Shown: piece after piece, positions 9,327 through 20,490 of the stretch
How positions within the stretch are numbered: the stretch's first letter is position 1
Layout: each line of letters begins with the position of its first letter
IMG/VR virus record: IMGVR_UViG_3300025018_000091
Direction: 5' to 3' (one strand)
DNA: 64,000 nucleotides
Origin: a virus
Taxonomy: Duplodnaviria > Caudoviricetes
Notes under the pieces: model-generated
Database searches by the model: none
What the model was told of the DNA's origin: nothing
The model's input: the letters and a program-made list of their open reading frames with translations, nothing else
Program-made: the position numbers and the translations under genes

Positions 9327-9595
9327 TGCTTATTCTCTTTCTTCATACGCTTCTTCTCTTCCTTAGAAGCTTTCTTCTCTTTATCAGATGCAGAATCTTC
9401 TACGACTACAACTTCTTTTGGCTTACTTGCCGCAGCTTCAAGAGCGGCTAGATAACGGGCGCGCTGTCTATTTGCCCCTGTTGGCGGTAAACGATCAAGC
9501 TTTTGTTTAATGGTGAGCTTATCACTCTCAGCTTGACGCTCTTGAGCGCTTTTACGAAGTCCGTCTCTGATTGATTTTGTTTTGGGCATTGTCAT
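9323..9595 (-). CDS. basic hypothetical protein
   Basis: Likely start MTMPK at 9595; Lys/Arg rich. Confidence 0.6.
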   Translation of the reverse strand: MTMPKTKSIRDGLRKSAQERQAESDKLTIKQKLDRLPPTGANRQRARYLAALEAAASKPKEVVVVEDSASDKEKKASKEEKKRMKKENKQ

Positions 9596-9660
9596 AATTA
9601 AAACCTTTCTATTAATAATTTTGAATTCATTTGTAACCAATTTACATATCGGTATACCAA

Positions 9661-10497
9661 ATGAATAAATACGATTACAACTTACAAACATTTTATAATG
9701 AAGATAATATATCTTATTATTTACTTGGAGCTTTTATTAGCGATGGGTGTATTTATATATCTAAAGACCGTCCTAATAGGAAAATAGTTACATTAACAAG
9801 TAAAGATAAAGATTGGCTTGAAATTATTAATCAATATATTTGCCCCGAAAAACCCATATTAAATCATGGCAAAAATTGTTTTAGATTAATGTATTGTTCT
9901 ACAGAATTAGCAGACTGGCTAATTACAAAGGGTTGTGGAGCGCGCAAGTCTTTAACATTATCTTTTCCTAATATTCCTGCAAAATTTTTATCTCATTTTA
10001 TCAGAGGTTGTTGGGATGGAGATGGTAGCTTATCTTTTACTAAAAGTGGTAATGGCGGTAAAAATTATCAAAGACAAGCTAACTTAACATCTGGCAGTTT
10101 ATCTTTTTGTAAATCATTGTGCGAAGAGTTAAATAAATTATCTATTAAATGTAAGATAATAAACCATAATCAACCTTCTAGGAAAATCGAAGAACGAATA
10201 TTAAAACCAAGTAATTGTTTTAGAGTTATTCTGTCGGGAGGCGAAAGCACCTATAAATTATGTAAACTACTTTACACTAACAACAACCCATCTATGCCAA
10301 GAAAAAACAAAATATCACAAGATATTATTAATGATTGGGAAAGACCAATCAATTGTATTGATTGCAACCAACACATAACGTTAAATAAGAATGGTCACAG
10401 ACAAATTAGATGCTCTGAATGCCAAAGATTACATATTAACAAAAATCAAAGAGAACGATATAAAATAAACAAGCTCTCCCACACAGCCATAATTTAA
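9661..10497 (+). mobile_element. free-standing LAGLIDADG homing endonuclease with C-terminal Zn finger
   Basis: YLLGAFISDGCI and FIRGCWDGDGS LAGLIDADG motifs; antisense to flanking genes. Confidence 0.9.
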
Positions 10498-10531
10498 CCA
10501 CAATTGCGCGGGAGTCAACCCCTCGCAATTT

Positions 10532-11089
10532 TTAAGATTGATTTTCTAAAAATAGGCACCATGCCATAAGAGTTACACCATCATCTAATTCATTAGTTCG
10601 AATCATATGTTTGAAATCAGAGATAGGAATCCAACTACGTGTTAGTCCCGTAAACTCTTCGTATTCTTCCAGTTCTGTTTCAGTTTCAACGAAATCATTA
10701 ACTAAATAAACATAGCATGTATTGTTATTCTGCCCAGATATTGGGTGACATTTTCCAAGAAAAATCAAATAGTTAGGCTTAATTCCTGCCTCTTCTTTTA
10801 ATTCTTTAATTACTGCTTGTTCTGGAGAATCTCCAGGGTCGATCATTCCGGCAACAAACTCAGTATTTATTCCGCGAACTGGATGACGATATTGATCTGT
10901 TACTAGAATCTCATTACCTCTAAGGACAATGCAGGTTACAAAATCAGGACACTTAATAGAATAATAATTCTTTCTAAGAGTTTTAGTTTTATCATTAACC
11001 TTTCGTTCAAACAAAAGATCTTCAGAAACTAATGTCATATATTCACTGCTGAATTCAATTTTAATATCAATAACTTTTGGTTTGTACAT
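10532..11089 (-). CDS. Nudix hydrolase (ADP-ribose pyrophosphatase-like)
   Basis: Nudix box AGMIDPGDSPEQAVIKELKEEAG; QYRHPV. Confidence 0.9.
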   Translation of the reverse strand: MYKPKVIDIKIEFSSEYMTLVSEDLLFERKVNDKTKTLRKNYYSIKCPDFVTCIVLRGNEILVTDQYRHPVRGINTEFVAGMIDPGDSPEQAVIKELKEEAGIKPNYLIFLGKCHPISGQNNNTCYVYLVNDFVETETELEEYEEFTGLTRSWIPISDFKHMIRTNELDDGVTLMAWCLFLENQS

Positions 11090-11109
11090 TTTTAGTTCCT
11101 TAAAATAAA

Positions 11110-11400
11110 AGATGCGGCGTAACTAGTTTCAAGCGATATTTAATCCTAGAATCAAATATCTGTGTAAACTAAGTTATATTCCGCTATTGTATAGCACGGT
11201 TGACTTTACTTATATCAACATTAATTTGTTAACTTTCATAATGTCATGTGAACTAATTACATCGCTGTCCTTGGCAACGAACTTTTTCCCTTTCAGAGAT
11301 CCCAAGTAGGGGTGGCTTTCCGGTAGCGACTCCAGTATTCATGGGTTATCCATCCCATTAGCAAGTAGCTAACTTGCGGCGCTTCATATTTAATGCGCCA
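11110..11400 (-). ncRNA. candidate structured ncRNA (hairpin chain)
   Basis: Intergenic; consecutive stems GGCGC/GCGCC, GCAAGT/ACTTGC, ATGGG/CCCAT, TCTCT-GAAA-GGGA, GTTGA/TCAAC, GATATTT/AAATATC. Confidence 0.35.
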
Positions 11401-11414
11401 CAAGCCATAGGCTA

Positions 11415-11750
11415 TCAATATACTTTAGTTCTCTCAACAATGATATGCACAGGTTCTGGCATCTTTGTAAACTTTTTTGCTAGAATCTTTTCTCCACCAG
11501 AAAGAATTACATTTAATACCCGATGCATTCCGTCTGCAACGTATCCTTCTGGAGTAAGAAGGATAGGGAATTTCATATCAGCAGTTTTAACTCTTATTAT
11601 GTTATAGTCAAAATCATCATCCATTGTAGATAAATGAATGTCATTGATACATATCTCTTCTGGTTCAATATCTTCAGAATACTTCCAAAGATCCTTTACG
11701 TCCCATTCTAGATTATCATGTGTGAAATATTGAGCCCAATCAATTCCCAT
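11415..11750 (-). CDS. ParB/Sulfiredoxin-like domain protein
   Basis: PILLTPEGYVADGMHRV motif. Confidence 0.6.
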   Translation of the reverse strand: MGIDWAQYFTHDNLEWDVKDLWKYSEDIEPEEICINDIHLSTMDDDFDYNIIRVKTADMKFPILLTPEGYVADGMHRVLNVILSGGEKILAKKFTKMPEPVHIIVERTKVY

Positions 11751-12376
11751 TATAGAAAACCATCCTTCATAATATTTAAGGTCGACACAAAATCATACAT
11801 TACAATACCAGATGCTGTTCCGCAGTTTAATGAGCGAACACTGCCAAACATAGGTATTTCAACAATCACATCGCAAATCTCCTGCATCTCTGGAGTTAAA
11901 CCTGTACCTTCTTCTCCAAAGATAAGAAGAGTGCCTGCCTGCCAACCATGTGTTGATATGTCAATAGAACCAGGAACATTATCAACTCCAACAAATGTAT
12001 ACTTCTTTTTCAGATCTAAAAGATCCTTAATGGTTGGCAAGAAATTAACTGGAGTATAATTGTAAACACCTACTGCGCTGCGTCTATCCCACTTCTTTTC
12101 TCCCACATAATACACGGCTTCTACGCCAAAAGCATTGGCATTGCGTATACCAGTACCTAAATTAAAATCACCAATCCAATGCTCAAAACATACTGCAAAT
12201 GGATTTGCGTTTCTCTTAAGAGCATCCTTAACTTCTTCAGGAGAAGAGTTCTTAAATCTATCTGCTACATTATAAGTCCAACAACTATAATGTTCCTTAC
12301 CGGCAGTAATTGCTTGCTGGTGCAAAGGAGATTCAGCAGCTAGATTTGGGCTGGTTGTAACTTTAGGTTTGCTCAT
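11750..12376 (-). CDS. SpoU/TrmH family RNA methyltransferase
   Basis: FNLGTGIRNANAFG, IFGEEGTGL, IPMFGSVRSLN SPOUT motifs. Confidence 0.92.
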   Translation of the reverse strand: MSKPKVTTSPNLAAESPLHQQAITAGKEHYSCWTYNVADRFKNSSPEEVKDALKRNANPFAVCFEHWIGDFNLGTGIRNANAFGVEAVYYVGEKKWDRRSAVGVYNYTPVNFLPTIKDLLDLKKKYTFVGVDNVPGSIDISTHGWQAGTLLIFGEEGTGLTPEMQEICDVIVEIPMFGSVRSLNCGTASGIVMYDFVSTLNIMKDGFL

Positions 12377-13050
12377 AGATAACTCACATTAACATCATCT
12401 TCGAACTTAAGCTTTCCCATTTCAAATAGTTCAATTGCTAATTCAATTAAATGGATAGCTTGCTCTTCTGTTGCATTGATTCCTTTGTCACCCATAGATG
12501 ATTCTTCACTATCATCAAAACAAATCATAGATACGTCGGACTTCTTATCTTCAATCGTAATGATTGTTCTTCCGCACATCGTATAAGTGAGAACTTTGAA
12601 ATCTTCAATGGGAGTTTTAGTTGCGGAAACACCTTTGAATTTAGATTTACTAATAGTGTCTTGCAGTCCCTTAAACCAAACCTTCTTTTCAAATTCCTTC
12701 ATCTTATTATAGATTCTCTGAAATGAAGCACGTATTTCTAATTGAAGTCGAACTTCCTCTAACTCTTCTGGAGTGCCACTCTCTATAATATCATAAAATC
12801 TTTTGTGTTTATACTCACGACGATCTTGCTCATGCCAAGACCAAGCCCTTCCAATGTCTATTAAATCTAAGATATTAGAAGTAAGTAATCTTGTAGTAAG
12901 AACTTTTGTTTCTCGATACTTTTGAATAGTATTTAAACGATCACACTCAAAACAATGAGCGCCAATTAATTCAGAACCCTTGTATGTATAGCAATACCCC
13001 TGTTCTAAAGATGCATTACATTGGTCACAAGTTGTAGGTTTATCATCCAT
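12373..13050 (-). CDS. hypothetical protein
   Basis: 225 aa with N-terminal CxxC pairs. Confidence 0.55.
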   Translation of the reverse strand: MDDKPTTCDQCNASLEQGYCYTYKGSELIGAHCFECDRLNTIQKYRETKVLTTRLLTSNILDLIDIGRAWSWHEQDRREYKHKRFYDIIESGTPEELEEVRLQLEIRASFQRIYNKMKEFEKKVWFKGLQDTISKSKFKGVSATKTPIEDFKVLTYTMCGRTIITIEDKKSDVSMICFDDSEESSMGDKGINATEEQAIHLIELAIELFEMGKLKFEDDVNVSYL

Positions 13051-13168
13051 TATTCATGATCTTTCTTATCAAACAAGTTTTTATATCGATCTGGTTTATT
13101 CCTTAATAATAGGAACAGGAATATAAATATTACAATAATAGAAGATACTGATGTTAATGTGTCCATAT

Positions 13169-13498
13169 TTAAATCTTATTAGGATAATATTCTTTTCCCA
13201 TTATTGAAAGAGTCTTGCGCCATTCAAATTCATGCAGACATTCTAGGCTGCAAAACCTACCATCGAAGTTTCCTATCTTAGCTATAGCAACAAACATCTT
13301 TGTGCCACAGACATTACAGTAAACAGTTTGCTTACCTATATAGGTAGTAGACCCATTCTTAACAGACACAAGTCCAAGCTTCTGCAATTGAAAATCTATT
13401 GGATGAGCAGTTGATGGACTACTAACTCTCAAGTCCTTCAAGCGTTCCAGTAACGAATTCTTATCAAGATCACTTAACTTTAAATCTTCTAGTTTCAT
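13169..13498 (-). CDS. hypothetical protein with CxxC...CSxxC motif
   Basis: CNVCG...FCSLEC. Confidence 0.55.
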   Translation of the reverse strand: MKLEDLKLSDLDKNSLLERLKDLRVSSPSTAHPIDFQLQKLGLVSVKNGSTTYIGKQTVYCNVCGTKMFVAIAKIGNFDGRFCSLECLHEFEWRKTLSIMGKEYYPNKI

Positions 13499-13574
13499 TT
13501 TTAAATCCCCAAATTAAAATGCACCGCAATAGCAGCGCATTTTTTTTTTTTTGTTATTTTCAAATTAAATACAT

Positions 13575-14150
13575 TTATTCTTCGGCGTGAAGCATAGCCA
13601 CGAATTGTTCAATTAATTCATATTCTCCAGGTCTACACTCTCGAAGATTATCTTTCTGCAACGCACCTTTAAGTAGAGGAGTAACCAGCAGCATCTTTTT
13701 AGATAGATCCTTTAAAATCTTAGTGGCATGAGATTTTCTTCCACTACCTATCTTAACAGAAGGTTTAACAATCGTAACCTTTTCAGGGTTTACTGTAACC
13801 CTTTCAGAGTTTGTTTCTTGCGGTAAAGAAATCTTAGAAACAGCTTCCTGAAACGGAGTCATCTTCTCTGTGGAAGATAATGTTCTAGGTTTCACTCTCC
13901 ATTGCTGTTTATTTTTTACGAAATAAACTTCAGCTACAAAAGTCTTACCAATTAATGCGCTACATTTAAAGGGGCTGCCACCTACGTTATCGTAAAACAT
14001 CATACGATTCGTAGATGTATATCCCGACCTAATCATTTTCTTTTGGGGATAAAGAATATCGAAGGAAACTTTAGATTCCCAAATTACCTCGGTCCATTTT
14101 CCATCATCACTAATATGTTTAACTGTTAGATCTAATACTTGATTTGACAT
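13575..14150 (-). CDS. hypothetical protein
   Basis: 191-aa ORF with AGGA SD. Confidence 0.6.
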   Translation of the reverse strand: MSNQVLDLTVKHISDDGKWTEVIWESKVSFDILYPQKKMIRSGYTSTNRMMFYDNVGGSPFKCSALIGKTFVAEVYFVKNKQQWRVKPRTLSSTEKMTPFQEAVSKISLPQETNSERVTVNPEKVTIVKPSVKIGSGRKSHATKILKDLSKKMLLVTPLLKGALQKDNLRECRPGEYELIEQFVAMLHAEE

Positions 14151-14166
14151 TTATTTTCCTGTTCGC

Positions 14167-14195
14167 TTGACGTGGCACGAACGCCTCAGTAGAAT
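14167..14195 (+). promoter_or_regulatory. sigma70-like promoter, antisense to neighbouring genes
   Basis: TTGACG-17 nt-TAGAAT. Confidence 0.5.
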
Positions 14196-14208
14196 ATAAT
14201 GTCTAAAA

Positions 14209-14829
14209 TTAAGCAGTCAACCCTCGGAAAAACTTTTTAATTCGGTCCCACCACGACGTGCTTCTAAGACACATAACATGATTGTTCCAATATACAATAG
14301 ACTCTGCAAATTGTTCTGCCGTAAACTCGCCCTTAGTTCCACCCTTCATATGAAGGAAGTTTCTTGCCATCGTATATGGATCCATTGGATCTTCTTTATC
14401 AGAAGTTCTAGCTTTTATACAAATGATTTCCCAGTCAGCATCAGTAGACTGTTCATTGTTCTCCCTCAAAACATCCGATCTATATAGAACAATTTCTACA
14501 TGTTTAGCTATACACTTCTTGGCTTTCGCTCCGAGCTTGATATAAGGCGCTTCCCCAGCTCGTCTTAGTGAATACTCAGCGTCTATCTTAATACGTTTGT
14601 TCAACTTAACTATTGCTGAATAGAAACGATAGCCGCGCTTATATGAACCAGAAGCTGGAACACGAACTAGAACTACTCCATCTTTATATCCCGGTGTAAC
14701 GTTACTCGGAACCTTCCAACACTGATAAACGATATCTTCTAACTCTTCCCATGTTCCACTAAAATGAGAAAATCCCGACTCTGGAGTCTGACGCAATACA
14801 AATTCATTACATTTGATATCTTTATTCAT
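14209..14829 (-). CDS. DUF3228-like protein
   Basis: GYKDGVVLV, LYRSDVL, ADWEII, PMDPYTMARNFL..GGT motifs. Confidence 0.75.
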   Translation of the reverse strand: MNKDIKCNEFVLRQTPESGFSHFSGTWEELEDIVYQCWKVPSNVTPGYKDGVVLVRVPASGSYKRGYRFYSAIVKLNKRIKIDAEYSLRRAGEAPYIKLGAKAKKCIAKHVEIVLYRSDVLRENNEQSTDADWEIICIKARTSDKEDPMDPYTMARNFLHMKGGTKGEFTAEQFAESIVYWNNHVMCLRSTSWWDRIKKFFRGLTA

Positions 14830-15013
14830 ATTTTGATCTTCTGATTTTTCATATTGAGATGAACATTTACATTCATTACAAGGCTTCTTATATCACTATC
14901 AATTTCGGATGTACGATCATCATACTCAAGCGTTCGATACTTATTAGAATCAGGTAATCTAAGTCTATCTTTTCTAGTCTTATAACTTCTTTTAGGATCA
15001 TGGTATCTCATAT

Positions 15014-15772
15014 ATGCCTGATATTGGTAGGATACTATCAATAATAGTATATTGTAGTATGCGCAAAAAATATTCAATCAATGTCGGAGATAGATATAAC
15101 AACTTGATAGTGGAAAAAATTGGAATCAAAAATAAACATAACCAATCTTTTTTAATCTGTAGATGTTCTTGCGGAAATGAAGTATCATGTATGCCACATA
15201 ATTTAATTACTGGAAAAACAAAATCATGTGGATGTTTAAAACAAGAAAAACTAAAAATATACAATACAAAATATTATGTTGGTTCTAAAATTGGAATGTT
15301 AACAATACTTAAAGAATATGATACTCGCGATCCTAATGGTAAGAGGATGTTTCAAGTACAATGTGATTGTGGAATAGTTAAAGATATCTCAATACATTAT
15401 GGAATGAAATCCTGCGGATGCTTAAAACGTATATCCAAAATACCAGAAAAAGATCTTTTCACAAGATATAGACGAAATTCTATTAAGAAAAATAAGCAAT
15501 TCAATTTATCTATTGATCAATTCAAAGGACTAATATATAGTAATTGTCACTATTGCGGATCAAGTCCAGACTCTAAATTGAGAGTAATTAATTCTGATTT
15601 ACATTTAGGTATTGACAGGATAGATTCTAATAATGGATATACAATGGATAATTGTGTTTCGTGTTGTTCTAATTGTAATTATGCAAAAAGAACACTTTCA
15701 TATAAAGAATTTATGTTACTAATCAAATCTATATATGAAAAACATAATCTTCAATTAATAAATCAAGAATAA
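15014..15772 (+). mobile_element. free-standing HNH homing endonuclease
   Basis: Repeated CxC..KSCGC units and CHYCG...GIDRIDSNNGYTMDNCVSCCSNCN. Confidence 0.88.
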
Positions 15773-16155
15773 ACCCTATCTATATTCTTTTTTACATACC
15801 ATACTCCATATTGGTGATCGTTTATTGTATAATAAACTTTCTTTATACCCTTGGACTTAATTTTAACCTGACACATACCGCAAGGTCTAGCCATTTGAAG
15901 AGACTGATCCTTACGAGCCACCCTGGCTACATAAAGTGTACCACCAAAATCCATCTTTCTAAGAACTCTTCCCTCAGCATGAACTTGAGGTATCGCTTGA
16001 TAGTCATCTACAGTAGTAGAAAAGAATGCGCCATTCTTAGAAAAAACCATAGTTCCGTCTTTACGAATACCTACAGCACCAATCCAAAAACCTCGCCAAT
16101 CTTTACCACTATCTGGTAGCGCTATCTTCGCTGCGAAAAGAAGTAAATCCAGCAT
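15763..16155 (-). CDS. Zn-dependent deaminase-fold protein (CDA/dCMP deaminase-like)
   Basis: HAEGR and ARPCGMC motifs. Confidence 0.8.
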   Translation of the reverse strand: MLDLLLFAAKIALPDSGKDWRGFWIGAVGIRKDGTMVFSKNGAFFSTTVDDYQAIPQVHAEGRVLRKMDFGGTLYVARVARKDQSLQMARPCGMCQVKIKSKGIKKVYYTINDHQYGVWYVKKNIDRVYS

Positions 16156-16364
16156 TATTATTCTCTTTAATTAGTTCGTCGTCAAACATTTCAATTGGTG
16201 GAAATTCATCCACCATCTCATAGACATCTTCATCTGAATAAACAACTAATTGTTCAGTGTCAGATTCAGATAAATTTAAATCAATATTATATTGATTATT
16301 TAATGGAACCTCTCCCCAACCACACCCACCAATTAACAATGATAAAATGAGTATATGTTTCATA

Positions 16365-16820
16365 TTATCCCCAATCAGTATATTCAGATTGGACTTTACT
16401 TAAATCCGTAATTGCTCTACTAATTGAGTTCTGAGCTTGTTCAATCCTAGAACTAAGTCTTTTAATTTCTTCATCCAGTGGAGATAAAGTGTCAGGAAAA
16501 TGCTTCTTACGCCATTTAGTTAGGGTCATCTTCTTACCAGAGGCAGTTTCCAAACCTTCAATATGATCATTGTTATATCCAAAACACCTTAATGCATAGC
16601 ACTCTTTACCCATTAAGTCCTCTGGAATACCTACGCTAAATGTAGAACATAAATCATCTAAGAATGATTTAAGTAGAACGTCATCTAATACAAGATTGCC
16701 AAATGATTGGTATCCTCCACCCGAAAACTCTATCCCTATAGAGCAAGTTAGAAAACCATGATCTGGTTCTACCCCATGAGAAACATTAATTATTCTACCA
16801 CAATCTCTTTTACTACTCAT
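16365..16820 (-). CDS. hypothetical protein, paralogue of 18244-18708
   Basis: Shared LTCSIGI, FGNL, CYALRCF, IEGLET, WRKKHFP and YTDWG motifs. Confidence 0.75.
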   Translation of the reverse strand: MSSKRDCGRIINVSHGVEPDHGFLTCSIGIEFSGGGYQSFGNLVLDDVLLKSFLDDLCSTFSVGIPEDLMGKECYALRCFGYNNDHIEGLETASGKKMTLTKWRKKHFPDTLSPLDEEIKRLSSRIEQAQNSISRAITDLSKVQSEYTDWG

Positions 16821-16941
16821 TTTCTAATCTCCAAATAAAAAGACAAACCATTTTGGCATCAAAATGAAACTGATTAAAGGAGGAAATGTTTCATTTGAAA
16901 TGGTTTATCTCAAAGCTGTATATATCAGTTTTATATACTTT

Positions 16942-17340
16942 TCAAACTAATCCTCTTTCTTTGCGGCTTTCCAATTCTTTTTCATAATGAGTTTCGCAAA
17001 GAGTAACTATATAACCACCAATATTTCTACGAGTTGCCTCAATAGAACCACAGTGCTCACACATAGAAAGACTTAACATATCAGCAAGATCTATCACACC
17101 ATCTATAAGGGGCGTAGATTGATTCATATAAAACCTAAGCCCTCCAAATTTCTCTTTAATCTGAACGACATAGATATGCTCAGCAATCAATGGGTCCAGT
17201 CTTTCTAAATTACGTTCTATAACAATAGACATCTTCTCTATTAGAAAGAACCATCCTTCAGCACACTCTATATAATAAAGATCTTTGTATAGGATGGGAC
17301 ACTTTTTTTTCATATGCTCAAGGAAATCATCGTTATTCAT
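16942..17340 (-). CDS. conserved phage hypothetical protein
   Basis: QIKEKFGGLRFY...CEHCG motif. Confidence 0.7.
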   Translation of the reverse strand: MNNDDFLEHMKKKCPILYKDLYYIECAEGWFFLIEKMSIVIERNLERLDPLIAEHIYVVQIKEKFGGLRFYMNQSTPLIDGVIDLADMLSLSMCEHCGSIEATRRNIGGYIVTLCETHYEKELESRKERGLV

Positions 17341-17476
17341 TTTTTCTTTTCCAATTCAGAAATCATTCGCAGTCGCATTTGAAAGTGTTTTTCTTGTTTA
17401 GAATACTTCTTAAGGCGTTTACGAATTCTATTCAATCTATCTTGAATTCGCTTCTTGTTCTTTGCCCAATCTTCAA

Positions 17477-18012
17477 TTACTTCTTTAGGAAACATATCAT
17501 ATCCTTAAGATATTTTGGATCTACATAATCTGTAAGCCAAACTCCATTGTCAGAGCAATAGAATTTACAACCATCATTATACATATCTCCACTATTAATC
17601 TGTAATATTACAGGTCTTCCATGTCTTTGACCAACTTTAAGAGCAGTATCTTCATCTGCTGAAAGATGAACGTGCTGCCTATTCATCTTTTTGATCCCTT
17701 CAGAATAAATGAATGATAGATACTTAACACCAGTTCCATGAAATAAAAACTCTGGAGGTTTAACTTCCTTGAAGTTCATCTCCACATTTGTGGAATGTCC
17801 TTGGTTTGCCCTGATATTTCCTTTGCCGTCATAAGAATATCGCTTCTTATTATCTGTTGCGACAATCTCGTCCAACTCTTCTTGAGTGAAATTACAGGCT
17901 TTCATTAAGCATCAACAGATACCCAACCACCTTCTGATAATGTTAGTCCAAACTCGTCAGGTTTATGACGCAAAACATAACTAAGAAATTTGCTTTTGTT
18001 CTTTTGACTCAT
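17477..18012 (-). pseudogene. kptA: RNA 2'-phosphotransferase KptA/Tpt1, split by a 1-nt frameshift near 17907
   Basis: N-part MSQKNKSKFLSYVLRHKPDEFGL..GGWVSVDA; C-part RANQGHS, LFHGT, RQHVHLS, NGVWL. Confidence 0.9.
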
Positions 18013-18243
18013 GACAATCCTTACATTCAAGTTCATCTTGAAGTTGTTGACACTTTTCGTCGTGACATCCATGTTTGAATTTCATATGATACCACACTTG
18101 TATTTTTCGCACAAGATATCCTAATATAGGAATCATTGCCATTAACGCCATTGTTTCATTAGCACACCAATGCATTATTAATCTTCCTTTAACTCTAACA
18201 CTGCCTCAATATCATTAAGAGAAATATATGGGACTTGGAATCA

Positions 18244-18708
18244 TCATCCCCAATCTGTATACTCTGTATGGATTTTTCTCAATTCTTTATAGGCATCATC
18301 TATCCTACGCATATCAGAAGCGATTCTATTTTTAAGAGAACTAATCCTTTCTTCATAAGGAGATTTAGAATTAGGAAAATGTTTCTTGCGCCAAGAAAAA
18401 AGCGTAAACCTCTTGCCATCTAAGGTTTCTAAACCTTCAATTGGTTCGTTCCAATGAGAAAAACATCTCAACGCATAACATTGTTTACCAACTAACTCAT
18501 TAAGAGTCTTAACTCCAAATGTTTCGCAAACGCCTTCCATAAAATCTGGAAGAATTTTTTTATCTAAACACAGGTTACCAAACCCTTGATGGCTACCACG
18601 AAAATCTATACCAATAGAACAGGTTAAAATGCCATGGTCTTCTTTACCAGACCAAACATCAACAATTGTTCCAAGCTCCCTTTTGCCGTCTCTTTTATTT
18701 TCACACAT
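18244..18708 (-). CDS. hypothetical protein, paralogue of 16365-16820
   Basis: See the paralogue entry. Confidence 0.75.
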   Translation of the reverse strand: MCENKRDGKRELGTIVDVWSGKEDHGILTCSIGIDFRGSHQGFGNLCLDKKILPDFMEGVCETFGVKTLNELVGKQCYALRCFSHWNEPIEGLETLDGKRFTLFSWRKKHFPNSKSPYEERISSLKNRIASDMRRIDDAYKELRKIHTEYTDWG

Positions 18709-18721
18709 TTGTTCTTACCTT

Positions 18722-18798
18722 TGGCATCCCCAGTAGGATTCAAACCTACGACCCTCGGATTAGAAGTCCGGTGCTCTATTCAACTGAGCTATGGGGAC
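18722..18798 (-). tRNA. tRNA-Arg(TCT)
   Basis: Full cloverleaf, CCGGA-CT TCT AA-TCCGA, encoded CCA. Confidence 0.92.
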
Positions 18799-18892
18799 AT
18801 ATTAATTATGACAACATAACAGCAATTCTATATAGAATATACAACACCACCAAATAACAAAAGCAGTGCCAACAACTTTCATTGGACCAAAA

Positions 18893-19153
18893 TCATGGCT
18901 CATTATTTACTCCTGCATCACAGTTTATTCCAACCCATGCACAACCAAAATCTTCTACAAACACACATTGTAACTCTCCAGCGTATGACCCATCACTACA
19001 TTTTAGTAATTCCGGGTACGCTCCACACGCAGAATACTCACAAGTGTAAACATCCGGTATATAGTTTTGAATATAAGGCGGACGATCATCCTTGTCACTA
19101 GCACAAGAATTTAAAACAAATGCGAGCCCAATTAAAAATCTTTTCATTGCCAT
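18893..19153 (-). CDS. Cys-rich lipoprotein
   Basis: Lipobox LNSC, several Cys, CDAG motif. Confidence 0.6.
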   Translation of the reverse strand: MAMKRFLIGLAFVLNSCASDKDDRPPYIQNYIPDVYTCEYSACGAYPELLKCSDGSYAGELQCVFVEDFGCAWVGINCDAGVNNEP

Positions 19154-20490
19154 GGGTTCTTACAATTGTAACACAATGCCTTGCCATCACCAACATCATC
19201 TGGCTCTGCCATTGGCATAAATGTATTACATCTTGGGTTACGACAGAAACAACCATCATCTCTAAGAGTCTCAGAGTTAGGTTTCTTTACCTTTTCTTTT
19301 TCACAAGAGCAATCATCACACCCATCACAGTCATCACAATCATCATCATCACATCCAATGACTCTTCCACAACCACCAGAACAACTACCAGAACATGATG
19401 CCATTATAGGATTACTGCTCTTTTTTGCTAAATCTCTAGCATTTTTAATGCGAATCAAAAATTTATTCCAAGCCTCTTTATTTTGATTTACTGCCATATT
19501 AACCTCACGCGTCATAAAAACAAACAGCAACCGCTTCTTCAGTGTCAGACTTATAATAAATCCGACAACAAATCTTATCAAATCCACAGCCCAATTCATA
19601 CCACTCATAGATATATTCTTTATTAGGATCTATTTCTTCTCCAAAATAAGAAAGAGTTTCAGAAATAGGAACTATTGGATTATATGATAACCCAGTCCAA
19701 TTAAGCAACCATATACTTTTGCGACAAGTATCCTCAAACTCTGCTAACGAACAACGGTCACTCCATTGAGGATACAACTTTGCGATTACTTCATCACTAA
19801 AAAATAAGAACGGAGATTTGTTTAACATAATTTTAACCTTATCATAACAATATAGATAATGATGCCCAGCGTCTCTAACTCGATGATACCTATCGCAAAC
19901 TAAATCTCCACACCCCATGTAAATTACCTTTATTCAAAATCCGCTATCACTAATGGCAAGCACACAAATACCATTCTTATCTGGGCGTTTTAACATAATA
20001 CTGAAACCAGCTTCATGTAATTCCTGTATCTGTTTATAAGTAATCTCAGCATTTTCTCTATGAACAAACCAATCAGGTTTATTATCAGCGCCACCAAACC
20101 AATCTATCATACGAACTTTAATCTTTGTAACCAATGTTATCTTCTCCAATGTTGGATCAGTAACCTCTACCTTTGGCAGAGTTTTACTTGTATCATTTAT
20201 CCTCGCTAAAATCTTATCTGATCTGGCTTTGGCTAATATATACATTTGTGATGACGGCGGAAACCTTCTCATAATATCTTTTAAACCTTATTTAATCGTT
20301 TTGAATTATGGCACTATTAACTCCAGTCCCCATTCAGTTTTTATATACTTACGATCCAATTCCTTTTGAGATCTAGTCTTTTTAAACTTGAACTTATGTC
20401 CACATGATGTTAACTTAGAGCCATCTTTTGCTTTGCCCACAATACACATCATTTGTTTACATATTGGGCAAGGATATAAAGAAGTAGAAC

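Noticed and set aside
9661-10497. Group I/II intron or intein context for the LAGLIDADG genes
   Set aside because: They are antisense to and outside host ORFs; no splice-junction residues or P7/domain V sequences were recognised.
18634-18857. Two + strand ORFs
   Set aside because: They are antisense to tRNA-Arg, the typical tRNA shadow peptides.
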